Shown: positions 52,861 through 64,000 of the stretch, in pieces | Layout: each line of letters starts with the position of its first letter | Position numbering within the stretch: position 1 is the stretch's first letter | Assembly (NCBI GenBank): GCA_002633005.1 | Contig: NMRA01000222.1 | Span: forward strand, 587,635-651,634 | Source of the DNA: Phoronis australis | Lineage: Eukaryota > Animalia > Phoronida | DNA length: 64,000 nt | Direction of reading: 5' to 3' | Made by a program: the position numbers and the translations under genes | The notes under the pieces: model-generated | What the model was told of the DNA's origin: nothing | Databases searched by the model: none | The model's input: the letters and a program-made list of their open reading frames with translations, nothing else

Positions 52861-53038
52861 CGTGTGCCTCGATGTAACCAACGTCGTTGGGGTTGACATC
52901 ACAGTCTATCAATAATCTTTGCATGAGACTCTTCTGCTGTTTACTAGATGGCTTAGTTATAGGGGTCGCTGAATGACCATTGTGATTTACAGCGCTTCCT
53001 ACAATTGTACCCCATATCTTGTTTCCGTCTTCATAAGC
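52861..53038 (-). CDS. Polyketide synthase internal exon (KS domain, AYEDGNKIWGTIVGSAVNHNG...VGYIEAHG)
   Basis: 178 bp = 59 codons + 1 nt. Acceptor tttaAG|GCT and donor CACG|GTAAG. The phase-1 end joins GG at 41762 and restores EAHGTGT in frame. Confidence 0.92.
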
Positions 53039-54529
53039 CTTAAATCGAAATTGCGGGAATCGATGAAACACGGTGTTAACCAAAGACTGAACCAGTCTAT
53101 CTCAAATTAATGCAACCTGGTTCAGAAAGCGTTGCAATTGATGAACACTGTACTCTGGTTGGCCAACATGTGGAATTAGTAAATTTCTGTAGCCTTTAAA
53201 TTTAACCGATTTTCAGTCATAGTGCCAAAACATTTCATTACATTATGCTGGAATTTGCAATTGTGATTGAAAAATTACGAACAATATGGCTAATCCCTTT
53301 GTTGTTCGCACTGAATGAAACAAGACCAAGGAGTTAAGATTCCCCGGCCAAGTAGATCTTCTAAAGTAACGTGTCTAGAGACAGATTCATTTGTCAAATA
53401 GGCACGAGACTGTTCCGTAATGAGCGTTTTATCTCTTGTAATTTTACCAAAAAACTTGCAAAAGTGAACCGTCAGAGGATCACAGATAATTTTGTGTGTA
53501 TTTGTTCTCCGCCAGGAGTTCATTGGCTTATTATTCCCCCCGATTTTCATTGATTGAAGCTTCATCAACATGTTGTTGTAAGAGCATATATCATCTGAAG
53601 AGACTAGGTTTGTAGTCAATCTGAAGTTACAAAGAATGGCATGGGTCATATCAACGCAGAGTGTCCAGCTTTACAAACAAAGGCACAGAAACGAGCACTG
53701 GTACATGTACTCCGTAAAATGTAACAGTTGTTACCATTTACGTTGCTAAGCTTCTCCTAAAATGTTGAAAGTTGTTACATTCTACGTAGTTGTTACAATT
53801 CACGTGGAATGAACACGTGAGAAAAGTATCATGTAACATGCGAGAAACCAACGCCACATTACAGAAAAAAACAACCAAAATCACAAACAAGTGGCATCTC
53901 ACACGTCCGGGAGGTAACCAAGTATTCTTGAACGACGGGTGGTGACCAACAATTTGGATACCACGTGTTTAGGGAGTGGTCTCGGACAAAAAAAATGACT
54001 CAATTAGAGAATGATTTTGTATAAAAATTTATATTTTTTCTCAATTGCGTCCTAAAAAATTTTTTAAAAGGCACCCTTTTACATACATGCATTATTTGTC
54101 AAAAATGTCAACATTTTAGAGATTAGTTTTTGATGTGAAAAAAACCTTTAGGGATTTACTTTTCGTACACCTCTTCTATAGGAATGCCCTCCTCGCCGAC
54201 ATGGCACAAATTTGGCTGTCCATTATCAATTTTATTAGTATTAAATAAGTATTACTACTATTAATACTATCACTACTTTTACTGTTATTACTACCTTTAC
54301 TACTATTACTGCTATCACTACCATTTTTCGCCATCGTTATCGTTATCCTCAGGATTATTATTATTGTTATTACTACTATTTTTGAATTTATTTAACCATC
54401 ACACACTACAATATACACAATGGTTGTTGAACAAAATGCTAATACATTTTTGTTCATTGTTTTCACCTGGTTTCTTATACATGTAGTAAACAGCTGGTCC
54501 TGTTTCAAAAGAATTTTAAAGGGGTTCCT

Positions 54530-55175
54530 ATGTTCAGCCTTCACCAGGCTGCCCAACTGGCAAGGGAACATGAAGCAGTCCTTGGAAACAAGGAACTCTT
54601 CATACTCTCAGACAGCCAAGCAGCTATTAAAGCTCTAACTAAGCCCAAGATCAACTCCCAATGTGTCCTGGCCTGTGTAAACGAGCTCAACCACTTATCA
54701 GCTAGTAGAACTGTTCATGTGAACTGGGTTAAAGCCCATGTAGGCATTGACGGTAACAAAGCTGCTGACAAAGTTGGAAAAGAAGGAGCAAGTGCACCCT
54801 GTTTTTTACTAGAACCTTGCCCTTGCATACCAGTTGCCTATACGTGTTGCAGAGCAATGGTAAGACGCTTGGTGTGTAAACTGTCCGAGGATGCATCGAG
54901 AAAGCTCTCTGCCTGCAGACAAACCAACCAACTTTTCCCAAGTCCTATTGAACCAAAAGGTTCAAAGAAACTGTTATGCTTAGACAGGCTTGCTATGAGG
55001 CAGTTCTGTCTTTCTGAAACAAACATGCAGATTGGAAGATTTCACGAATGAGGAATCCGGTGACGTTGTTTCCCCATGAGTCATAATCAGGTGACTAGTG
55101 TAATGTGCCCGGCCTTGTGGCCTAAGCACGCCTGATGTACGGCAAAAGGCATCAGAACGTCTGCACCTTTTTATT
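54530..55175 (+). mobile_element. 5'-truncated RNase H/3'UTR fragment of a related LOA-like LINE
   Basis: ILSDSQAAIKAL...WVKAHVGIDGNKAAD and PIEPKGSKKLLCLD align with ORF 17918-19090; the 3' tail resembles 19140-19200. Confidence 0.85.
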
Positions 55176-55837
55176 TTCAGCCTTAACGATATTGTGAGAA
55201 ACGAGGAGGTTGAGATTCAAAATCTTGATTAAACGTGCACCAACTCCAAAAAATGATTATTTCTGAACTAGCGGCAAGCACTGCATTGTTTGTAGATATA
55301 ACTCTATGGTTCTGTAGTTTGCCAAGAAGAACTAAATTCAGGCCGTGCTCTTTTACTTGCCACTTACATGAAAACGTGAGGCTACCCACAGTGTAATCAT
55401 TTCTGTCGCTTGTTGAAAACATTCATTTTCTAAGAATTGTGGCTCGTGCAAGTACAAAAATTGCGCTAAGTTGAACTCTAAATGAAGACATGTTTCTAGT
55501 AACTAATCGGCTATGGCTGCAGTCATTAGAATAGCTGGTTGGCAAATAAATGCGTGGTTTAATTTCCTTTCGTCACAGTATTTGTTAATAGGCATTATCA
55601 TACTGACTTAACTCCGGTCTAAGCTGAGTGTCGACGTCAACTGCGCAGTCATATAAATTATTTAAGTATTAAATTATGTTATGTAAGCTATACTGCTTCG
55701 TCCTCATTATTATATTGTTTGGATTCTCGGGTCAGTGACCCTCTTTTTTCTACGACTATTGGTTTAATTGTACCACGTGATCTCTTTGTCTCGTCGCAAC
55801 ACTGGACCATCGTCCACAATTCTCTCCAAATTTCAGT

Positions 55838-56822
55838 TTGCACTCAATTTCTACGACCTCCGTCACTATCTATGGTATTCATCAAGACTCCAAATCCATG
55901 ACGGCTTCCCCTCCCCAAGACAAACTCAATAAGGCCTTACATCTCCTCCAATCCTTCCAGCATAAAAGGTCGGTTCTACTACGTGACCTTCAGTCTCTCA
56001 TTGGTTTTCTCATTTTCGCTTGCCTTGTCACCATTCCCGGTCGAGCCTTCCTCCGTCGCCTCATCGATCTCACGCTTCGCATATCTCAGCTGCATCGTCA
56101 CGTCACTCTCACCAAAGAATCCCGTACTGACATTTGCGCTTGGCTTACATTCCTCCACTCCTTCAACGGCAAATCCATGTTCCTTTTCGAGCATTGGACC
56201 TCTTCTCAATCACTCAAAATGTATACTGGCTCGGCCTCGGTCCACAGGTGATTCGCTGCGGTTTGCGGGTCTAATTAGTTTTCTGGTCCTTGGCCCTCAT
56301 CCATCTCTCTTTTTCCCATCACCTTCAAAAAGCTCTTCCCCATTGTTCTTGCCTTAGAACTCTGGTGACCTAAACTTGCCAACCATCGTGTTCTTTTCAT
56401 GTGTGACAACCATTCCGTGGTGCATATCATTAATAAGACTCCCTCTAAGGACCCTAACATTATGCGCCTCGTCCGACGCCTGGTCCTCTCTACCCTACAC
56501 CATAATACCCATTTCAAGGCAGAACACATTAATGGCAAAACTAATTTCATTGCCGATACATTGTCTCGCTTTCTTTTCCAGGATGCCTTTCCATGGCTCC
56601 ATGGCTCTCTCCAACACTGACCACGGTTCCTCAGCACCTCCTTACGTTCTGACTTCGCTCCTCCGGGCGTCCCTTGCCCCATCCACCATTTCCACTTACC
56701 GCCGCGTCCTTTCATCTCTTCTCGTCTGGCTTAACTGCATCCACCATCTCTACCTATGTCTCCGCCATAGGTTTCATTCATAAACTGGACTGCTTGCCTG
56801 ACCCTACCTCCTCCTTTCTGGT
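55838..56822 (+). mobile_element. Tyrosine-recombinase retrotransposon fragment (DIRS/Ngaro-like): RT end, RNase H, YR start
   Basis: LQSLIGFL...PGRAFLRRL, FNGKSMFL, CDNHSVV...HINGKTNFIADTLSRF, then overlapping SLAPSTISTYRR and STISTYVSAIGFIHKL...DPT. Stops exactly at the N at 56823. Confidence 0.85.
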
Positions 56823-59800
56823 NCATCGCGGTGCAACTGTATTGCCAGTGTTCCGGTCATGGGCACCTGTATTGCCAGTGTCTACTTCACTCACCCCATT
56901 TATCACCCTAGGGCGCCTGTATTGCCAGTGTCCTACTACACTCATTCTCCATGTTCATTGGCATGCCCTTTCCACTCACTTTTTGGGGGTTTTCCCTCCC
57001 GGGCACTCTTTCCCGCCCCCTTTATACTTGTTGGTTTACCCATGCCCTATTATGGGTTATTCTCCACATAGCATTTTTCCTCACTTTATATACATGTAGG
57101 TTTACTTTTGACGGTGCCAACGTTTGCTGTTACTTAATCTGTATGTATCTTTGTACATGTCACCGTTTCTGTTTACTTATGCTTATATAGCCAACGTGCT
57201 TATTTTCGTTGATGTGTTCCTTATGTACATTCCTCAGTTTTTATCTATTCGTGTTAGACTTGTATTCCTCCGGGTTTCAGTTACTATGATTTCGACACCT
57301 TGTTTTGTCGCTCTGTAATTTTGTTTTGTTTTTTCATGCTGCCTAGCTGTACCACTCCATCTTCGTATTTGGCTATTTACGTGCTTACTTTTGCACCCAT
57401 TTTTCTTATGCCCCTTTTGGCAGCCTCGCTCGCTCTCCCTTGGGTGGGCGGATGCATCTTTCTGCTGCATCTGTGGCAGATTGTCACCAACCTTTATAGT
57501 TCAGCATATTATGTAATTTTTGTAATTACCGGTATCTGTAGTACATGTAGTTTAGTTTGTCATAATATATATGACCTTTTATCTCATCTACACCTGTTGT
57601 TTCAGTGTAAACTACCTTCGGAATCGCTTCGCAGTTAGCGCATATAAAAACTGTTCATACTGGCAGGGATTAAGAAACATTGAAGTAAACGCTACATGTA
57701 GGTGACCCTGTTGTCATCGGAGTAATCGAAAGGTAGAGCTGCCCTCGAATATTTTCCCTGTGACAATTTGGGAACATTAACATGTGCAAATTGGCATAAA
57801 ACTCGTTTTTAATTTGAATGGTGATTATTCGAGCAAAATATAAGCAATTATTAGCGACGAGACTAGCGTTTAATTGCTGACAATAACAGAGGCACCTGGC
57901 GATAACATCGGCGGAACAAAAGTTGACCGTTCATACTGCACCGCAGCGTCGACACTCTACTGTTAAATCCACCTGTTTCTAGTGAAGTTAACTGGAGCTG
58001 TTACCTTCGATCCAGAACTGAACTTAAGCGTTCATACTAATTGCTACTCCCCAAAACATCGACGCGTTGACGTTGGTCCTGAAGATATTAGAATTCGAAA
58101 CTAAGATGGTAGATAGAACCCGTCGACATCAGATCTTTGGTCTAGCTTTTGTGTGGAGCAGGGCAAGTGCTGCATTAGCCATGATTCCAAGGCAATAAAA
58201 AACTGGCTGAAATTGACCAAAATATCGTGGAGTAAAACGGGCGTTTTTTTCGGTCAAACTGGATCCCGAAATTAAATTCTCCGTGAAAATTTTTGATATT
58301 ATCGTTAGTTTCCGCAGAAATACGATTAATAGAAGTCAAATGCGAGGTCATTGTTTCTGTTGTGCTTACCAGGACACGTGTGTTTGCTGTAATGCCGAGC
58401 GACAACAAAAGGTTGCAAATCGCTTTAGCAATGAAAAAAAACTTGTTACCTGGAGTTGAAACTGTACGGGGTACAATTTTACTATATCATGACAGTACTT
58501 ATGTTAAAAAGGGAAAGTACACATTTGATAAAATTTCATTCAAGCAATCCGAGAAAGATGGCTTTAAGCACGTGAACTGTTTTCCTCCATGCGACAAATA
58601 CGAGGATGTAAACTCATGAAATATGACGCGGTTTTCGTAAATTGTAGCAGTGGTACACATGTACATTTTCGCATGTGCATTAACGTAAATTGTAACAATT
58701 ACATAAACTGTAACAGCGTGTTACCATTTAGGAAACGCCTGCTCACGTAAAATGTAACAATTCCGTCATTGTTACATTAACAGTTGTTGTATTTTACGAA
58801 ATTGTTACATTTTACGACGTATCAGAGCACGTTGTCAAGAAACTGCGCAAACTCGTGGACAGAAAAATTCAAGGGATAATGGGGACATGTGCGTCAAATC
58901 TTGTGCGTAAGACAGAAAAATTCAAGAGAACACTAAAAACATAGTGTAGAAAATGTGATTATTAGTTCTTGACATAGTGCATGTTCGTAAGTATCTCTGC
59001 TAAGTCATAGTCACGGAGTTTAGGATATCATTCTGATAACAATTTGCGACCAAAACGTAGCCAGTTGATGTCATTTTCAAGAGTTCTTTAGTAAAATAAC
59101 AATTGCAGAAATGTGTCCCGATGTCTCCTGTATCGGAATCACTAGTTTTTATTTTTGGAAGTCCTACTCTGAATCAAGTGTGATGACCTATACACAATTC
59201 AGTATTCAATGGAATAATCTATCAGTTAGTCTAAAGTTGTTGATGGTTACAGAACAGCCCTGTGCAGACACGTGCACACCAGTTTGTAGCCAGCCACCTA
59301 GCTGTGTGAAGACTGTCGTCAAAAGACCTCGAAATTGCCCACAGCCAGAGTAATTCTGCTCTTCACCTCGCCGTGAAACATGTTTCAACATGTAAAGCTA
59401 TAGGTCTGACGGGGTGCATGCAAAATCTGAGAATCAACCGACACCCACCTTGCCCGTTACAGCCGTTTAAGAGAAAAACAATGCAATAAACGTCATTTTA
59501 TTGCGTAAATCTTCGTCTTTTCTAACAACGAAAAGTATGTCGTTGTTTTGAAAACAGTACGCTTGAGTCACGTGCACGCCCCATTTCCTAAATTTTTGCA
59601 AAATCTCTCGGGAGATGATGATAGCTTGGCAGCAGCAAAATTTCTTCTGAAATTCGTTTTCGGTATCAAAATTCTAAATATTAAGAAAAAAGTGAAACCT
59701 GTTCCGATAACATGTCGTGACGTGTACGCAGCTTTGTGAAAAAAGAACAGTTGATTGAAGAATAGGCGAAAGAAGGACCTCATACCGTTTTCAATGATTT

Positions 59801-60039
59801 CAATAAAACCACACCGCAGCCTTCGCTGCGCGTGTATCCATCCGCCTTGGACGAGAATGCGTGACATTGACCAGTCCTTGACATCATTCCGGCTTGAGCC
59901 AATGCAATAAGGCTTTGTGGAGCCAAAATTCGGTTCACACCACCGACAATAGCCATGTCGCAGTCACCTGAAGATAAAAGTAGATCGTGTTTAATCGTAT
60001 GCTAGGACGATGTGTAAACTCTGTTGTCCCTATCGCGCC

Positions 60040-60175
60040 CATTACAGGACGCCATGTGAGCTGGTTGGATAAGTGTTTGCTTCATTTACTAAAGGTCGTG
60101 GATTCGAGTTTCACTGGGACACACTGCTGGAGTCTTGAGGTAAGTGTCTACCTCCTCAGCTCGGTTTTAAATATA
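60040..60175 (+). mobile_element. Decayed tRNA-derived SINE head
   Basis: A-box-like GAGCTGGTTGGATAAG and B-box-like GGATTCGAGTTTC at tRNA-like spacing; no intact cloverleaf. Confidence 0.4.
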
Positions 60176-60719
60176 CATATAATTAGAGCAAAAATGGGAA
60201 TCCAGGTGATCCGTGCAATAGCTCCGCCTGCGCAGATTGGGCACGTCTGGCATATCGTGTAACTGACAATTACCTTACAACGTTCTCCACTCACACCTAT
60301 CTATATATTAAAACGCTAATTTCGGGCCCCAATGTTGACATTAAACTCCGTCGGACATAAAAGAACTCGAGAGCGGTGCGAGGACACCCGGCACCTCCAG
60401 ACGATTCCTTCCAATTCGACCCCGCCACGGAAAAGCGCGGGGTACTGCGGCCGCAAATCCCCGGCGTCTCTCTTGTTCTTTTTCTTAATGAGTCGCGGCC
60501 AAACACAATTCAGGGGTATTCTTCCTGGGCCTGCATTTACAGCTTACACCTACTAGGTCTCGTGCTCAATATTTGGCGGCGAGAGAATTCAAAGAAACTA
60601 TGACAGCGGTGAATAATTTTCTGAAATCCGAGTAAAGCAAAGAGGCGGCCTCGGTATTTTATGCGCACCCATTCGCCGCCGCGTAGGCGTAATCTGTGTG
60701 CTGCGGTTGCGTGCTTCAT

Positions 60720-61050
60720 AACTTAAGATTAAGAGCACTAAGTTTTCTTCAGGGGTAAACTAAAGTTTTCACAAATAAACTTAAGTTTCAAGAAATAACT
60801 TAATATTTTAGTACTAACAAAACTTAATTTTTTTGTGATAACTGAAGTGTATCACACTGAAAATTAAGAAATTTTCGAATCATAAGAACTTAAGTTTTCC
60901 TGACTTCTTAAGTTTTTCGCAAAATTTAAGTTTTTCCAATTATAGAAACTTAAGTTTTCCTAATTTCTTGAGTTTATTTTTCAGAAAACTTAAGTTTTTC
61001 ATGTATGGGAAACTTAAGTTTTTTGAAAACTATAAGATTTTATATGATCA
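60720..61050. repeat. Array of palindromic AACTTAAGTT units
   Basis: More than ten degenerate AAACTTAAGTTTT copies. Confidence 0.65.
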
Positions 61051-61307
61051 AAATTTACGTTTCGTAAAGTTTTGAAAATTTGAATATGGTGAGATATTTG
61101 ATTTTTATTGTTTGAAGTTTCCCAGTTTTTCCAACAAAAAAATATTGCTTGCTTATGCAAAACCATTTATTCCTTAACACTTACTCTATATCTGTACAAA
61201 CCATAAAACAACGAACGTGTAATCAGTTCACAGATTTAATGGCTATCATTGTCGCATGTCTTCTTGAATTTAAATGTAGATGAATACCGGTGACCAACCG
61301 TGAGACA

Positions 61308-64000
61308 CGTATCAGATCAGTATATTGTCCTCTATAGAATTTACATAATTTTTAACAAAACTTCGTTTTCGTGCAAGTTTCCTTAGTGTTGAGTTGTATT
61401 TGTAAGGCAGTTTCCACCTGAACTCAACTGTTTGAATTTTATAACAGACGGTCACCTTCAAAGAAAACGATAATTGTCGGCAAGCCCACGACAAGTTAAG
61501 GCGAAGGCAACCCTTTTTAATGTCATTTAAGCAAAAGTAAGGTTCGTTGATTATTCCAGACATATTTTTCATTAAATTACAGCTTACTGTAACGTAAACA
61601 ATTACTCTTCCTTTACTCCGGAACTGACGTTTTGGGAGGTAAGTATTTCGCGCCAATTTCTTTTCATATAGTCTGATTGTGAGAGCTGCTGAGTCTGTCA
61701 TTGTTCTACCTCTGTTGTGATTAGTTTGGTTGTCGTTGGCTTTTGTTTACGAGTCAGTCAACGTGCAACACTGTTGCTGCGTACTGAGATGTACTCATTA
61801 TCGTCTCACGGACAGAGGAACAATTCTCCCACTTGCCCGAGTTTTCTTCGACACACTCCCACTGAATGTGACCTGAGTACATCAACTGTTTACATTCCGC
61901 TGTGTGACTCCCTCGGCACACACCTCATGGGTGAACCCAGCCTTTAATATTGGTGGCTCGAATTTCTTGCGATGTGGACCTTTTATTGACAAAAAAGCGG
62001 CAGCACTATACAAAGAAAAAACGAGGTACCACCTTCAGAACTGTGACCTGTGCGTCTGTGCCTTTTAGAGGACTTATGTCTCGTTTTTTAGGACTTTTTG
62101 TTTCTCTGAGGCAGACCTTTTTGCCCACTTCGCCAAATGGAGGGCTCGTTTGAGGCCCCCGAGACCCCTCGTAGATGCGCGCGTGCACTTGACACCTTCT
62201 AAATAGCTCAATAAACTTATCAGAGTTTGACTCACCGATCTACAGTTGTATTTATTGGCGGACAAACTGTCCTCTTCACTGGGTGTAGAACAGGGCCTGT
62301 ATTTACTCACTCTCCTCAACATCGCAACAGGGCTGCTTCCAGGCTCTGGGCGCTAATGAGTACATCCCGGTGCGTAGCAACAATGTTACATGTTGACTGA
62401 CTCGTAAACAAAAGCAAACAACGACCGAACTTGTCTCATCCGACTGACTCGACAGCTCTCACAGTCACACTATATGAAAAGAAATTGGCGCGAAATTCTT
62501 GCCTCCCAAAACGTCACTTCCGGAGTAAAGGACGAATAATTAAGTATATTACGAAAATCTGTAGTTAAGTGAAAAATATGTCTGGGATAATCAAAGAATT
62601 TAATTTTTGCTAAAATGACATGAAAATGGTTGCCTTTCCCGTTAAGTTTATATGACTACATGCAGAGCTTACAAGAAGACATTTCAGGAGTTGTGGAAGT
62701 CAGTGTAGTGCTAGTAAATAGAACGGTCTAAAATTGATTGGCCACCATCGGGGCTGTGATTGATATCCAACGTGTAAACTTCAGTTGTTATTGTCAGCTA
62801 CTCACGCTGTCACATACCGATATGGACTGTAATCCTTGTGGGTTATCTAAGCTTATTATTCTATCGTGTAATATACTGCCAACGTGTAGAAAATGCCTGT
62901 GGTCCATGAGAAAGTCATAAGATTCACATAACGCGAAAAGGCCTACTCTGTTTTATTTTTGTGGTCTTTAAGGTTGTTTCAGTGAGCATCAATGCAAGAG
63001 GTGACTCCCAAAATGTAATAATTCTGCAAGTTGGGTATAATGGCGTTGGTTGTGTGTGCTTATGTCTCTGTATTTGTGGTAATTCTTGGTAGCTCTCGAT
63101 TTTGAAATCTTATTTCGTTAACTATTTGCAAGTTTTATTTGCCTGGTTCTCAAAATTAGGAATCCTCAATGCATATTATTACATTGATCTGGATAAGTTT
63201 TTCGTCATTTAGTTTTGACTGCCTACTTTGACAGATTGCTCAGGTTTGTCAGGAGGTTATGGATCATTGAATACGAAATGACATCCCACCACTAGTACCC
63301 TAAATGAAATATACCCCCAGAATACATGTAGGTCACAATGTAGCCAAGTGAACTCTCACTAGTCAGCATGTTTAATATTTTTGCGCACTGTAAAACTTGC
63401 ATAACTCCGATCTAATTGAACTAAATTATTTAACGCAAATAAAGAATTTCTGCCTAATCTGACTTAGGGGCTGAGTACGATTTCGAATTTTTACTGGGCA
63501 GTGAAATACTAGAATATCGCAAAAGCTTGCGATATCAATACTTAAGAAATTCAGATTCATTGCAAGTTCGACTGGTTTAAAAAAATCAAATCTGTCAGTG
63601 TCATGATGAAAGTAGTAATTGATTTAGGTTGAATATGGACCGGCTGGAATGGTCTTTTCATATCAGGAGGAGCATTTCATTTTTCTCGCAAAAAACTTGC
63701 TTGGAACCTCAGTCTAATATCTTTGCAAGTGTCAGCCGGTAATAAAAGTGCTTGGCTGGAGTGCAGGAGATAACAATTTTTATTTTTACTGTCCGCGACC
63801 AGAGAAGAATTGTATTTTACTGTAAGCCATTATGGTTATGTAAGACCCCTCATGAAGACCATGCCAGTATTTTCAGTGGCGGATTTAAAGGGGGAACATG
63901 GCCACCTTGAAAAGCTCCAAGATTCTCTTTGGCAGTTGGGGGTTACGAATGACTGATGGGCAAAATCCTAGCTAATACTCTGTCCTGCCCCCCTGATTTT
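61308..64000 (+). repeat. Copy B of the duplication; runs off the window edge
   Basis: Shared blocks such as GAGTTGTATT-GTAAGGCAGTTTCC, CAGTGAGCATCAATGCAAG and GAAGACCATGCCAG. Confidence 0.88.
61500..62641. mobile_element. TTAA-flanked TIR element with about 200-bp imperfect TIRs
   Basis: TTAA at 61496-61499 and 62642-62645; 61500-61700 is the reverse complement of 62445-62641; empty site near 42225 in the paralogous repeat. Confidence 0.88.

Noticed and set aside
36451-53038. Fatty acid synthase (FASN)
   Set aside because: No C-terminal thioesterase, no intact ER motif, and too short between DH and KR.
59206-59391. ORF containing RGE...GCG as a missing KS exon
   Set aside because: Spacing and surrounding residues do not match the GYxRGEGxG motif, and no suitable splice sites were seen.
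60299-60720. Helitron starting at TCTATATATTAAAA
   Set aside because: The 5' end is suggestive, but no convincing 3' hairpin plus CTAG terminus was found.
49005-61050. CRISPR-like arrays (TCCTATAGGA, AACTTAAGTT and CTGTATTGCCAGTGT repeats)
   Set aside because: Units are short and degenerate with no regular unique spacers, there are no cas genes, and the context is eukaryotic.

Overview
Repeat-rich, AT-rich genomic DNA from an animal, probably a marine invertebrate (spliceosomal introns, LINE/LTR/DIRS/Kolobok/MITE content). The only intact host gene visible is a minus-strand iterative type I polyketide synthase. Two coding exons can be joined: 53038-52861 and a 5.3-kb terminal exon 41762-36451, separated by an 11.1-kb GT-AG intron that splits the KS motif EAHG|TGT. 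The visible protein is KS(C-half)-AT-DH-pseudoKR-degenerate ER-KR-ACP with no thioesterase; the exons carrying the KS catalytic Cys were not found in the window. The rest is transposon debris: a full-length, frameshifted Mag-type Ty3/Gypsy element (11182-15897) nested in an RNase H-bearing LOA-like LINE (about 10700-19200); four Kolobok-type relics, including P2X7-ballast-like KolX genes and a THAP exon; a DIRS/Ngaro fragment; LINE tails; a Helentron-like repeat; and many MITEs, several with boundaries confirmed by empty sites elsewhere in the window. The least expected item is a 636-bp non-coding LTR element (29553-30188) whose LTRs contain a tRNA-like Pol III cassette. All family assignments come from reading motifs by eye, with no database searches.
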